Of a stretch of DNA of 64,000 nucleotides, positions 27,885-37,966 are shown piece by piece. The position numbers and the translations under genes were made by a program. Position 1 is the first letter of the stretch, and each line of letters opens with the position of its first letter. The notes under the pieces are model-generated. The model made no database searches, had not been told where the DNA came from, and saw nothing but the letters and a program-made list of their open reading frames with translations. Source of the DNA: Chitinophagaceae bacterium (GTDB taxonomy: Bacteria > Bacteroidota > Bacteroidia > Chitinophagales > REEL01); assembly GCA_007695095.1 (NCBI GenBank), contig REEL01000148.1, positions 218-64,217 on the forward strand, given 5' to 3'.

Positions 27885-28725
27885 TTTTCTTATTTGTTGT
27901 GTTACAACTATTTCTGCTCAAACTATTGAAGAGACACTGAAGTTTGGGAAAGAGATGTATGCCCGGGGAAATTATGAAGCGGCTATTCCGGCTTTTGAAA
28001 GAGTAATATACTTTGATGATCAGGAGTTCAGCTCCAAAGCCTTTCATTTACTTGCAGATGCTTATTATGAAACCGGTGACTTTCGCAGAGCCATTTCTTA
28101 TTATGATCTTGCATATTATGCAACTGAAGATGAAGAAGATAAATTGACTTTTTTACTTAAAAAATCTTTTCTGCTTATAGTTGAAGGTAATTATATTCGA
28201 GCCAGAATGGAGTTATTCAGTATAGACGAGCCCGGAGATCCCAAATTTGCCAATCAGTATAACTTCTTTTTAGCCTTAAGTTACTTTCAGGTTTTGGAAT
28301 TTGAAAATTCAAAAGATTATTTCCTGAAAATTCAAACCTCAGACAGCATTTTTTACAAGCAGGAAATCGAAAATATTTTTGAAAACAATAAAAGAATTGA
28401 CCGACTAAACCCCAGAACAGCGAGAATCATGAGTATGATAATTCCCGGTTCAGGACAGTTTTATGCAGGAGATATCCGGGGAGGCCTGAACTCTCTTTTA
28501 CTTACAGCAGGCATAGTAGCAATTGGCTATTCAACGGCATTAACTCTCAGTTGGGTTGACGCATCTATTACTTACTTTCCCTGGTTTATGAGATATTATA
28601 TGGGTGGCTATGGCAATGCAGCAGAAGCTGTAAGAATCAGAAAAGATGATTTAAGAAGTGATCTTTTATTAGACTTAATCAATCTGGTTGAAGAAAATCA
28701 ATATCCAAATGTTGAAGAAAATTAA
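27853..28725 (+). CDS. Second TPR-repeat protein with a C-terminal PGxGQxYxG membrane module
   Basis: The start at 27853 gives MYKVLTGLLINFLICCVTTISAQ (an alternative ATG is at 27823). TPR-like repeats (YARGNYEAAIPAFERVI, YETGDFRRAISYYDLA). The C-terminus is MSMIIPGSGQFYAGDIRGG (28444-28470) followed by hydrophobic segments. Confidence 0.7.
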   Translation: MYKVLTGLLINFLICCVTTISAQTIEETLKFGKEMYARGNYEAAIPAFERVIYFDDQEFSSKAFHLLADAYYETGDFRRAISYYDLAYYATEDEEDKLTFLLKKSFLLIVEGNYIRARMELFSIDEPGDPKFANQYNFFLALSYFQVLEFENSKDYFLKIQTSDSIFYKQEIENIFENNKRIDRLNPRTARIMSMIIPGSGQFYAGDIRGGLNSLLLTAGIVAIGYSTALTLSWVDASITYFPWFMRYYMGGYGNAAEAVRIRKDDLRSDLLLDLINLVEENQYPNVEEN

Positions 28726-29648
28726 TGCTTCACAGAGGCAGTAGAAGATGCCAATAATGATTTCATCTCTTTTTCAAGATGCTGCTTAGAAGATAGCGGC
28801 AACTCACTATTGAGATTTAACTTGCTTAAAATATTATTCACTCTCCTTTCCAAAACTGTTTCCGGATAACCTAAGTTTTTAAGACTTTTAACATAATAGT
28901 ACTGGAAAATGTAGTTTTCAGGAGCAACTTCAATTAAATTAACTGCATGTATCAATGCATTGGTAAAATCATTTTCTAAATCCGCATAAATTTTCATTAA
29001 AAAATAATTTGCCTCTACGCTTATCAGTAAATTATCAGATTTGGCCGCTTTATGTAAATAATCAAATCCTTTTTCCCTATCTCCTTTGGGGTAAAAAATA
29101 ACAGCCGGATAAAATATCGGATAGGATCTTATGAGGTGATCCATATTATACAAATAAATACCGGCCAAAAGATTATACGGGTCATAATTATTATTTGTAT
29201 TACGCAAAACAATTCTAATTAAAGACATGGTCTCTTCCATGCTTCTAAATGCCGGCCAAAGTTTTTCATCAAGCATTGAAATCCGGGAACTAAAACCATG
29301 CAGACTAACCAAAATAAAAATTTCTTCACGACTAAGTTCTCTTCTGCTTTTATTGCTCAAAGCTGAAACTCCTGATTCTATTGATTGCAAAGCCAGCTCT
29401 TTAAAATTTTTTGAGTCATCTCCGCTGATGAAAGACCACCAGTAATAATGTGTTTTATACAGATGATAAAACTGATTTTCCGTAAAATCCGGATGATGTT
29501 CCTTGCTTAAAAGTGATTGAAGTTCTAAATTGTAAATTTGTTTGAATACCTTTTGAATTTCAGAATCTTCTGTATCAATTGCATACAAAAAGGTATTACA
29601 AAGTAAAACCCCACAAAATAGAATAAAAGTAGCGGACTTAAGAAGCAT
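28722..29648 (-). CDS. Secreted helical protein of unknown function
   Basis: 308-aa ORF with the hydrophobic N-terminus SATFILFCGVLLCNTFLYA. It is helix-rich and has no motif I recognise. Confidence 0.6.
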   Translation of the reverse strand: MLLKSATFILFCGVLLCNTFLYAIDTEDSEIQKVFKQIYNLELQSLLSKEHHPDFTENQFYHLYKTHYYWWSFISGDDSKNFKELALQSIESGVSALSNKSRRELSREEIFILVSLHGFSSRISMLDEKLWPAFRSMEETMSLIRIVLRNTNNNYDPYNLLAGIYLYNMDHLIRSYPIFYPAVIFYPKGDREKGFDYLHKAAKSDNLLISVEANYFLMKIYADLENDFTNALIHAVNLIEVAPENYIFQYYYVKSLKNLGYPETVLERRVNNILSKLNLNSELPLSSKQHLEKEMKSLLASSTASVKH

Positions 29649-29706
29649 AATGCGAAACTAAAAGAATTAAACCATTTTTTATATATTTACCTCCAAAACA
29701 AGTCTT

Positions 29707-30363
29707 TTGAAAATTAAATTATTCATTTTTATTCTACTAAGCTTTAATTACTTTTTAGTTTTCTCTCAAAATAATGAAAGATTACCCCAAAGCCTGGATT
29801 TAAATAATTTCAAGCAAGAAAAACAGCACATTTTAAAAACAAATCCATTTGCTCTTTTAATTTCCCAAAACCCTTTAACTGCCGAGTTCAGAGTTTTATA
29901 TGAGAGAACAAACGGGCTGAAGCAATCCTATAATATAGGCGCCTCTTATTTATATGCTAATTTTATTACACGCTATTTCTTTAATGAATTCAAAGATACT
30001 ACCGGAATTGATTTAGTAGTAAATGGATTCAGAGTACAGGCGGGCTATAAATTTTATCTGTCAAAAGATCAATATTCACCTACCGGAATTTACGTCTCCC
30101 CCCACGCTTCTTATTCCTTAGCTAAAATTAACCCAAGAGGTTTTATTAATGATTATTTAAAAGTATATTATATAAATGCCAACTTGCTATTAGGATGGCA
30201 GTTCTTTTTTTTAGACAAAATCGCTGTTGATCTATTTACCGGTCTGGGTTACAGATATAATTACATAATGTCAAAAGACAGGTTTAGCACTTCAGAAGAC
30301 TTTGAGCTTCTAAATAATGGAGTAAAATTCAGTCTTGGAATTAATTTTGGATATCCCTTTTAA
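29707..30363 (+). CDS. Small outer-membrane beta-barrel protein
   Basis: Signal peptide MKIKLFIFILLSFNYFLVFSQ, alternating hydrophobic beta-strand pattern, and a C-terminus ending in GINFGYPF (aromatic terminal residue). Confidence 0.65.
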   Translation: MKIKLFIFILLSFNYFLVFSQNNERLPQSLDLNNFKQEKQHILKTNPFALLISQNPLTAEFRVLYERTNGLKQSYNIGASYLYANFITRYFFNEFKDTTGIDLVVNGFRVQAGYKFYLSKDQYSPTGIYVSPHASYSLAKINPRGFINDYLKVYYINANLLLGWQFFFLDKIAVDLFTGLGYRYNYIMSKDRFSTSEDFELLNNGVKFSLGINFGYPF

Positions 30364-32684
30364 AAATTAAAGGATAGCTGCATTAAGTAGTTTCTGGGCT
30401 GCTCAAGTTTTGCCGGTCTGATATAATACTCCCTGTTTAGAATATTATTTGCAATAAAGCGAACATTAATCATATCATTCACCTGATAACCCAGCCTTAA
30501 TCCAAACACCCAATTCCCTGTCCTAGATTCGTTTTCCCGATACTCTGCAATATCAGGGATAAAAATCAGAAATATTTGATCAATATTTTCTATATAACTA
30601 TAAAAACGGGTATCAAATCCAAAAGTAAATTGCTTCCAGTCAAATTCAACATCTGCTTTTACCATGTGTCGGTAGCGATACTTTAAGAGTCCGTCGACAT
30701 TTTCATTATTTCTAACCAGAAAATCATTAATAAACCTATCCGCAAATACATCTCCTTTCGCAAGTAGAGTATCAGCTGTTAAATCAGCAGGATAAACATA
30801 AGTATACCCTCCATAGAAACGCATATCTGTATTCTCAGACAAACTACCTTCACCTAACCAACCCAGCTCAAAACCGGCTATTCTGGCACGACTAACATTT
30901 TCAGATCTAAAACCAATATAGTTTGGAGAAGGTGGTTGTCCCGGAGGAGGATAAACACCAATTTGAAACTCGGTCATTTCCCAGTAATCTGTCCAGAAAA
31001 GGGCTAAATCCAAATAACTACTCCAATTTCTGATGGCAATAGATTGTTTTACTCCCAGTTCAGCCGAATAGCCATATTCAGGTTTTAAATCCGGATTCGG
31101 GAAAATGCTTATATCTCCCACATCTGTCTCAACAAACCTTTCAGCAATAGAAGGGAAGCGATATCCCTGACCTATAGAAGCTCTCATGTGTGTTGTTCTT
31201 GTAACCGGATAGTTTAGTCCAAGTCTACCTACCGGCAAAGATGCTCCAAGGCTGTCGTTTAAGTTGAACACTTCCCACCTGAAACCGGCAACCAGTGTCA
31301 AATCTTTTATTTTCATATCCAATTGAGTGAAAATAGAAGACAGATTCCCGGTATTATCTCCCAAATCTTTATTTAAAGTAAAAAAGTAGTTATTCCCTAC
31401 TCCTGAGGTCCATGTCCAATCATTCGCAAAAGTCCGCTGAAATTGATATTCAGCATTTATTATACTGGCCGTTGCATATCCTCCACGTGAATAATATTGC
31501 CACAATGTATAAATTCTGCTTCTAAGTGAGTGTCTGTTACCTCTGCTGTCGAAATATGTTACATAAGGGTCTATATTGAAATTTGTCCTTCTGCCTCTGT
31601 ATAAAGTCCCTCTGCTATCCGGCCCTTCACTTCCACTTGGTATATACGCACCCTCACTTGCATTTTCCCAGAAGAAAAACTCCCCTTCATCAGAATATGT
31701 CACATTCCCATTTATTCCAAAGGAAAGACCTTCTATAGATTCAGGGCGATATCTGGTTTTAAAATTAACCCGGTAAATATTATCATCTTCCAGTCGCAAA
31801 TGCCCTTTTTTCTGTGTTGCAAAAGCTGATAAAACCAAATCAAATCTGCCAAAGCGTTGTAAATGAGCAATGCTCAAACCGGCTTCATAAGGAGGGTAAT
31901 CCCACCACTTTGTTTCTTCTCTGGGAGGGTTATCTGTAATACCATAAAAAAGGTTTACTCTTGTTTCCGGTTCTGAGCCAGGAAATGCGGTTCTAATATT
32001 AATCACACCATTGAGCGCGGAAGCTCCGTATAAAGAAGAAGCCGCTCCTTTCATGACTTCTACCTGTTCCGCTACCTCCATAGGAATGGATGACCATCTT
32101 ATATCTCCACGATCAGCAGTAATCATTGGCATGTCATCTACTACTACCATTACCCTGCTACCGGCACCATACGCATAACCGGAACCACCTCTGATAGTTG
32201 CCTGACCGTCTAATAAAGTGACTCCCGGGACTTTTTCAATAGCATCATTCAAACGAACTGAATTTGTTCGCTGCAACAACTCCACATTTAAAACATCAAT
32301 AGAAACTGTTTCTTCTGTAATTTTCCGCTCAAATTTACCTCCGCTTACAACAACCATATCTAACTCCCTGCTTGAAGGCTTAAGCATAAAAGATAAATCA
32401 TAAATCTGATCAGTGCTGATAACTATTGATTCTGTTTTGGTTTGATAACCTAAATAAGAAACCAATATATTGTATTCTCCATTTTCAAGATTTAAAATAA
32501 ACCGGCCGTCTAAATCTGTTGATGTTCCACCATGTCCTTCTACCAGAATATTTACTCCAATCAATGGCTCATTTGTTTTACTATCTGTAACTACACCATT
32601 AACATTCTGAGCAGAAGCACCCGGTACAAAAAAGTATATCAATGAAAGGAAAATAAATAAATTATACCTAAACATAAAAAGCAT
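30360..32684 (-). CDS. TonB-dependent receptor with N-terminal carboxypeptidase-regulatory-like domain
   Basis: NGVVTDSKTNEPLIGVNILVEGHGGTSTDLDGRF (CarboxypepD_reg-like). The plug region is VPGVTLLDGQATIRGGSGYAYGAGSRVMVVVDDMP. It has a 22-strand-sized barrel and the terminal residues QLSFNF. Confidence 0.9.
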   Translation of the reverse strand: MLFMFRYNLFIFLSLIYFFVPGASAQNVNGVVTDSKTNEPLIGVNILVEGHGGTSTDLDGRFILNLENGEYNILVSYLGYQTKTESIVISTDQIYDLSFMLKPSSRELDMVVVSGGKFERKITEETVSIDVLNVELLQRTNSVRLNDAIEKVPGVTLLDGQATIRGGSGYAYGAGSRVMVVVDDMPMITADRGDIRWSSIPMEVAEQVEVMKGAASSLYGASALNGVINIRTAFPGSEPETRVNLFYGITDNPPREETKWWDYPPYEAGLSIAHLQRFGRFDLVLSAFATQKKGHLRLEDDNIYRVNFKTRYRPESIEGLSFGINGNVTYSDEGEFFFWENASEGAYIPSGSEGPDSRGTLYRGRRTNFNIDPYVTYFDSRGNRHSLRSRIYTLWQYYSRGGYATASIINAEYQFQRTFANDWTWTSGVGNNYFFTLNKDLGDNTGNLSSIFTQLDMKIKDLTLVAGFRWEVFNLNDSLGASLPVGRLGLNYPVTRTTHMRASIGQGYRFPSIAERFVETDVGDISIFPNPDLKPEYGYSAELGVKQSIAIRNWSSYLDLALFWTDYWEMTEFQIGVYPPPGQPPSPNYIGFRSENVSRARIAGFELGWLGEGSLSENTDMRFYGGYTYVYPADLTADTLLAKGDVFADRFINDFLVRNNENVDGLLKYRYRHMVKADVEFDWKQFTFGFDTRFYSYIENIDQIFLIFIPDIAEYRENESRTGNWVFGLRLGYQVNDMINVRFIANNILNREYYIRPAKLEQPRNYLMQLSFNF

Positions 32685-32889
32685 TTAATTGAGCGCAAAA
32701 TTACTATTTTAAGTTTATAAAAGCTAAGAAACACTTTTTTTCGGTAAATAGTATTTGCACATTAAAAGTAAAAATCATCTCTATCAAGTAATATTATTCA
32801 AAGAAAGTTTGGTTATTTAAACATCAATTTTCAGCTTTTCTTCCATTATTGTCTATTTTTTTGTTTTTTTTGTGTTGAAACTAATATTT

Positions 32890-33735
32890 ATGTTAAAACT
32901 AATTTTCACCTTTCTTATCATTTCCTTTACTGTAATGGATAGTTATGGTGCCCTGGGAAAAACATTTGCCGGCGGAAAATCCGCCGGAACCGCTGGTATC
33001 AGAACAGTTCAATCAGATGTTTTTTCAGTGTACAACAATCAGGCTGCAATAGGATTTCAGGAAAAAACAGCCTTTGGATTTCATGCTGAACGAAGGTTTA
33101 TGGTAGAAGGACTAGATAAAATTCAAGGAGCATTTGTATTACCAACTTCATCCGGAGTTTTCGGACTTTCACTTACTTATTTTGGAAATAGTAATTACAA
33201 TGAAAGAAAAGTCGGCATTGCGTATGGTAGAAAGTTATCTGAAAATTTAACCTTAGGTGGTCAAATCAGTTATTTAGGCCTTAATATTGCTGAATTTGGA
33301 CAAAGAAATACCTTTACTTTTGAATTAGGTGTTCAATATTTTATAAATCCGGATTTGTTAATTGCCAGTCACATTTATAATCCGCTTAGAATAACACTGG
33401 AAGATTTTCAGGAGGAAGTTATTCCTACAGTAATTGGACTCGGTTTAAGGTATGAACCCTTAAAAAATGTGTTTTTAATGGCTGAAACTGAAAAGGATTT
33501 AAATCAGGATTTTCGCTTTAGATTTGGCCTTGATTATGCTATGTCTGATTTATTATCAGTACGTTTAGGGCTTTTGACAGATCCTGCATCTCCATCTCTT
33601 GGACTGGGTTTTAATGTAAATAATTTACTTATTGATATTTCCTCTTTTTATCATCCGGTTATGGGATTTACACCTCATTTATCTATTGCTTATTATTTTG
33701 GAAGTTCTACATCTAAAACAGATTTAACCGATTAA
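32890..33735 (+). CDS. Outer-membrane beta-barrel protein (PorQ/PorV-like N-terminal pattern), partner of the HhH-barrel gene
   Basis: The ATG at 32890 gives MLKLIFTFLIISFTVMDSYG; the listed GTG at 32872 adds a duplicated LKLIF. GGKSAGTAGIRTVQSDVFSVYNNQAAIGF resembles the start of PorQ/PorV-family barrels. The rest is beta-strand periodicity. The family call is tentative. Confidence 0.55.
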   Translation: MLKLIFTFLIISFTVMDSYGALGKTFAGGKSAGTAGIRTVQSDVFSVYNNQAAIGFQEKTAFGFHAERRFMVEGLDKIQGAFVLPTSSGVFGLSLTYFGNSNYNERKVGIAYGRKLSENLTLGGQISYLGLNIAEFGQRNTFTFELGVQYFINPDLLIASHIYNPLRITLEDFQEEVIPTVIGLGLRYEPLKNVFLMAETEKDLNQDFRFRFGLDYAMSDLLSVRLGLLTDPASPSLGLGFNVNNLLIDISSFYHPVMGFTPHLSIAYYFGSSTSKTDLTD

Positions 33736-33756
33736 GTCGCTAATAGAATACATCTT

Positions 33757-35874
33757 ATGAAAGTTAAAAATTTACTTTTACTTTTCTTCTTAACTCACAT
33801 CCTTCTAATTGCCGAAGATGACCCTCCACCACCGGAAGGAGAGTTTGAGATAGAACGTCAACAAGAAGACCGGGCAATCATAGATTTAATAGAATCGATA
33901 GTTGAAGAAACTGAAGCCGAGTTTGAATTTGAATCCTATCTGGAAGATTTGGAATTATTGCAACGCAGACCATTGGATTTAAATAGAGCACGTTATGAAG
34001 ATTTGGCAGCAATTCCTTTTTTAACAGATATACAAATTGCAGCATTATTAAATTATATAGATGAATTTGGGCATTTAGCAAACATTTATGAATTGCAGGT
34101 GGTGCCTGAATGGGACCTGAGAACAATTGAAAGTGTACTTCCTTTTGTAAGGGTCAGAGGTGAACTGGATGACTTTCAAATTCCTTTAGGGAGAATGTTG
34201 TATGAAGGAGATTATGTGTGGTTTGTAAGATATCAGCAAGTTCTTGAAGAGCAAAGAGGTTATTCACCTCTCCCTGAAGGCAGTACAGCAACCAGATATT
34301 TAGGAAGCCCTTACAGACTCTATACACGATTAAGATACACTTTTGGCAACCGAATTTCTTATGGCTTTACAGCGGAAAAAGATCCGGGTGAGGAGTTTTT
34401 TAAAGGCACTCAAAAGCAAGGCTTCGATTACTATTCCGGACATTTGTTTTTGCGAGATATAGGCCCTATGGAAGCTATTGCAATTGGTGACTATGAAGTA
34501 AGTATTGGACAGGGGCTGGTTATGTGGGGAGGCTTTGCTACCCGAAAAAGCGCTTTTGTTATGAGTATAAAAAAAGATGGCAGAACACTTCGCCCCTACA
34601 CTTCTGTAAATGAAAACAGATTTCTCCGCGGTGTAGCCGGGACTGTTAATATTACGGATAACTTACAGGCAACAGTTTTTGGATCACACAAACCCGTAGA
34701 TGCATCTGTGATAACTCAAACAGACACCCTTGACCCGGAAGTATTTCAAGTTGTTGGATTTTCTTCTTTTCAGCAAAGCGGGCTGCATCGTACAGAAACG
34801 GAAATGAGAAATCGGAATGCCGTCCAGCAAACTATTTTTGGAGCTAACTTAAGATATCAGCAAAGAACCAGATACATAGGACTTTCTGCTGTCCACCATC
34901 AAACAGATACAGATTTTCAGAGAAATACACGACCTTATAACCAATTTGAATATTCTAGCGGTTCACTGACTAATTTCAGCCTTGAGTATAATTATATTTG
35001 GCGAAACCTCAACTTCTTTGGAGAAACCGCTATGAGTCAAAATGGTGGTTTTGCAACACTCAACGGACTTATTGCCGGTTTAGGTAATCGGGCAGACTTT
35101 TCTTTGCTGCATAGATATTTCACGAAAGATTACCAAAGCCTTTTTGCTAATGCCTTTGCTGAGCAAACCAGACCGGTAAATGAAAACGGCTTATATATGG
35201 GGCTGTCTATCAGGCCGGTGAGAAACTGGCGTTTAGATGCTTATGCAGATATTTTCAGACACGATTGGTTGCGTTTTCAAACTGACGCACCTTCCTTTGG
35301 CACGGATTATTTAGTTCAGTTAACCTATCGTCCATCCAGAAATATTGAAATTTACGGCAGATATAAAACTAAAAATAAACCAAGAAATGTAAGAGATAAT
35401 GAAGAAAATATGAATTATATTGATGATCAGATAAGAAGCAATGTTCGTTTTCAGGCATCTTACAAAATCTCTGAATCTTTCACTCTAAGGAATCGGTTTG
35501 AAATGTCATTTTTTGATGACAACGTAAGGCCTCAGGAAACCGGTTTTCTGATTTATCAGGATATAAGATATGCAAGTCTCGGTTTTCCGTTGAGAGTTAC
35601 TGCAAGATTTGCACTTTTTGATACAGAGTCTTTTGACAGTCGAATTTATGCATACGAAAATGATGTTCTTTACGGCTATTCAATCCCCGCTTTTCAAAAC
35701 AGAGGTACCCGCTATTACTTACTTCTGAGATATACTGTCATCAGAAATGTAGATTTATGGCTGCGTTTTGCCCAGACCTACTATACTAACAGAGAAACAA
35801 TCGGCTCCGGACTTGAAGAAATTGATGGAAATGTTCGCTCTGAAATTAAAGCACAAGTTAGATTTAGATGGTGA
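33757..35874 (+). CDS. ComEA-like helix-hairpin-helix domain fused to a large outer-membrane beta-barrel
   Basis: A signal peptide and an acidic linker come first. LDLNRARYEDLAAIPFLTDIQIAALLNYIDEFGHLANIYELQVVPEW is an HhH/ComEA-type motif. About 560 aa of barrel-like sequence follows, ending in IKAQVRFRW (aromatic terminal residue). Confidence 0.7.
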   Translation: MKVKNLLLLFFLTHILLIAEDDPPPPEGEFEIERQQEDRAIIDLIESIVEETEAEFEFESYLEDLELLQRRPLDLNRARYEDLAAIPFLTDIQIAALLNYIDEFGHLANIYELQVVPEWDLRTIESVLPFVRVRGELDDFQIPLGRMLYEGDYVWFVRYQQVLEEQRGYSPLPEGSTATRYLGSPYRLYTRLRYTFGNRISYGFTAEKDPGEEFFKGTQKQGFDYYSGHLFLRDIGPMEAIAIGDYEVSIGQGLVMWGGFATRKSAFVMSIKKDGRTLRPYTSVNENRFLRGVAGTVNITDNLQATVFGSHKPVDASVITQTDTLDPEVFQVVGFSSFQQSGLHRTETEMRNRNAVQQTIFGANLRYQQRTRYIGLSAVHHQTDTDFQRNTRPYNQFEYSSGSLTNFSLEYNYIWRNLNFFGETAMSQNGGFATLNGLIAGLGNRADFSLLHRYFTKDYQSLFANAFAEQTRPVNENGLYMGLSIRPVRNWRLDAYADIFRHDWLRFQTDAPSFGTDYLVQLTYRPSRNIEIYGRYKTKNKPRNVRDNEENMNYIDDQIRSNVRFQASYKISESFTLRNRFEMSFFDDNVRPQETGFLIYQDIRYASLGFPLRVTARFALFDTESFDSRIYAYENDVLYGYSIPAFQNRGTRYYLLLRYTVIRNVDLWLRFAQTYYTNRETIGSGLEEIDGNVRSEIKAQVRFRW

Positions 35875-35970
35875 TTTTTTCAGTTTTCTAAATACTATAG
35901 CTTATTTTTACATCTGATAAACCAATTTATTCCATAATTTTTTTTAAAAAGTTTTATTAATCAGTTACTT

Positions 35971-36885
35971 ATGAAATATTTATTACTTTCTATTTGTTGT
36001 TTGTTATTTACATTCAATAAAATTGACGCTCAAAATTACTCTTCGATGTTGCCGGATACAATTAAATGGCATATCGCAAGCTATCAAAATGAAGAGGTGA
36101 CTACGCAAATTTTCAAAACACCAAAATCAACTGTTTTTATAGATGGAATCATTTATTTTAAAATTGAAAATGAACAAGGAAATGTTATTGGCTTTCTAAG
36201 AGAAGATTTAAATGCCGGTAAAACCTGGTTTTTTACTGCAAATTTTGATAATGATGAAGAAATCCTCATAATGGACTTAAGCTTAGATGTAGGAGATGAA
36301 TTTGAAATTGATAATGCCGGTGGTTTACTTGTAACTACAGTCACAAGTAGAACTGTCATTGATGATAAGATACACATTGAGTTTGATTATTTGCTTTTTT
36401 TAGAAGATACAACTATGCCATTAACTTTTATTGAAGGTATTGGTCCCAATGCCGGATTTACTTATATCTCTAATTTTCCCGGTAATACAGTTAATAATAA
36501 TCTGTTGCTTTGCACTTTCGTTTTGGAAGAAGAAATATACAAAAGTGATTTTGCTAATGAGGATTGTGATTTTGAAATTATTATTCCTGAAGATACCACT
36601 TCTGTTGAGTTTTTTTCAATTCAGGAGTCCGGCATTAACGTCTTTCCTAATCCTGCAACTGATTTCTTATACATACAATTTGATGATTTACAGGATAAGT
36701 ATATGGAAGTAGATGTTGTAGTTTATAATTTAGAAGGTAAAGTTATTTTCAGAGAAAAAGGTATTAATACCAACTCAATTGATTTTACTCATAAAATTGA
36801 AACCAACAATTGGTTAAACGGAAGTTATATTTTACAAATCAACACTAAAGATAACAGCTATCTTAAGCAGATTTTAAAAATGTAA
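35971..36885 (+). CDS. Secreted protein with T9SS C-terminal sorting domain
   Basis: Signal peptide MKYLLLSICCLLFTFNKIDAQ. The C-terminus is INVFPNPATDFLYIQF...VVVYNLEGKVIF...NGSYILQINT. Confidence 0.8.
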   Translation: MKYLLLSICCLLFTFNKIDAQNYSSMLPDTIKWHIASYQNEEVTTQIFKTPKSTVFIDGIIYFKIENEQGNVIGFLREDLNAGKTWFFTANFDNDEEILIMDLSLDVGDEFEIDNAGGLLVTTVTSRTVIDDKIHIEFDYLLFLEDTTMPLTFIEGIGPNAGFTYISNFPGNTVNNNLLLCTFVLEEEIYKSDFANEDCDFEIIIPEDTTSVEFFSIQESGINVFPNPATDFLYIQFDDLQDKYMEVDVVVYNLEGKVIFREKGINTNSIDFTHKIETNNWLNGSYILQINTKDNSYLKQILKM

Positions 36886-36913
36886 ACGATTTGACCTTTA
36901 AAGATTTTTAAAT

Positions 36914-36948
36914 AAAAAAGCTACCGAAAATTTTCCGGTAGCTTTTTT
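36914..36948. terminator. Bidirectional rho-independent terminator
   Basis: AGCTACCG (36919-36926) pairs with CGGTAGCT (36936-36943). An A-run lies upstream and a T-run downstream. It sits between convergent genes. Confidence 0.75.
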
Positions 36949-36978
36949 ATTCTTACAATACTGTTTCTTTGGTTAAAA

Positions 36979-37623
36979 CTAATTGTTAACCGTTTTTTTC
37001 TTAGACAAGTAAGAAGAAACACCTTCCTGAGAAGCCTGCATTGCATCTTCCCCTTCTTTCCAGTTTGCCGGACAAACTTCCCCTTTTGCTTCAAAAAAGT
37101 TCAAAGCATCAACCATTCTGATAGCCTCATCCACACTTCTTCCTAAAGGCATGTCATTCACTACCTGATGTCTTACAGTTCCTGACTTATCAATTAGAAA
37201 TAAACCTCTGTAAGCAACCGGATTTCCGTTAAATACTGCTTCTCCATTATCATTGTAGTCATAATCTCCGGCTAAAACACCATAGTTCATAGCTATAGTT
37301 TTAGATAAATCAGAAACCAATGGATAAGTTACACCCTGAATACCACCTACATCCTGAGGAGTTTGCAACCACTTCCAGTGACTAAAATGAGAATCAACAG
37401 AGCAACCGATAACAACCGTATCTCTCTTCTCAAATTCAGCCAGCTTATCTTGAAATCCGATCAACTCAGTCGGGCAAACAAAGGTGAAATCCAATGGATA
37501 GAAAAAGAAAACTACATTCTTCTTACCTTCATAATCAGCTAATGAAAAATTTTCTACCATTTCTTCTCCACCTACTACTGCATTTGCATCAAATAAGGGT
37601 GCTTTTTTTCCTACTAAACTCAT
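36979..37623 (-). CDS. Typical 2-Cys peroxiredoxin (AhpC/Tsa family)
   Basis: FFFYPLDFTFVCPTE (peroxidatic Cys) and GEVCPANW (resolving Cys). Confidence 0.92.
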   Translation of the reverse strand: MSLVGKKAPLFDANAVVGGEEMVENFSLADYEGKKNVVFFFYPLDFTFVCPTELIGFQDKLAEFEKRDTVVIGCSVDSHFSHWKWLQTPQDVGGIQGVTYPLVSDLSKTIAMNYGVLAGDYDYNDNGEAVFNGNPVAYRGLFLIDKSGTVRHQVVNDMPLGRSVDEAIRMVDALNFFEAKGEVCPANWKEGEDAMQASQEGVSSYLSKKKTVNN

Positions 37624-37966
37624 AAATACTTTTTTTGATTGTTAAATATATTTCCGCTATGCGGATTGAAATCGAGCGCAAAAATACAAAAAAAGACTAT
37701 TTTAAAAAAGTAAAATGACAACAAAAAGACAGCAAAACATCAGTAGTTAGATGTTTTATTAATTTTTATTTTTATGCGATATATTTACATATAAATTTGA
37801 TTAAAAGAAAGTTTATTTTATATATTTACTTTTATCTATAAAAAATATTGGACTTAAATGTCAGAATCATCATTATATTAAGGCAGCATGAAAATATTTG
37901 ACTTTGAGCTCAATATCTAATCTTATTTTGTGGAAATGACCCTTTAATAATCTAAATTAACTAATG

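Noticed and set aside
30360-30363. A 4-nt overlap of the convergent stop codons of the small barrel gene and the TonB-dependent receptor.
   Set aside because: The overlap is real in the sequence (TTAA shared). It is a trivial consequence of compact convergent genes, and no functional inference is warranted.
32872-32910. A duplicated LKLIF coding motif (TTGAAACTAATATTT / TTAAAACTAATTTTC) at the start of the barrel gene, considered as a possible slippage or phase-variation repeat.
   Set aside because: The two copies are imperfect. The first precedes the likely ATG at 32890, so it is probably untranslated leader sequence. There is no homopolymer or perfect tandem repeat.
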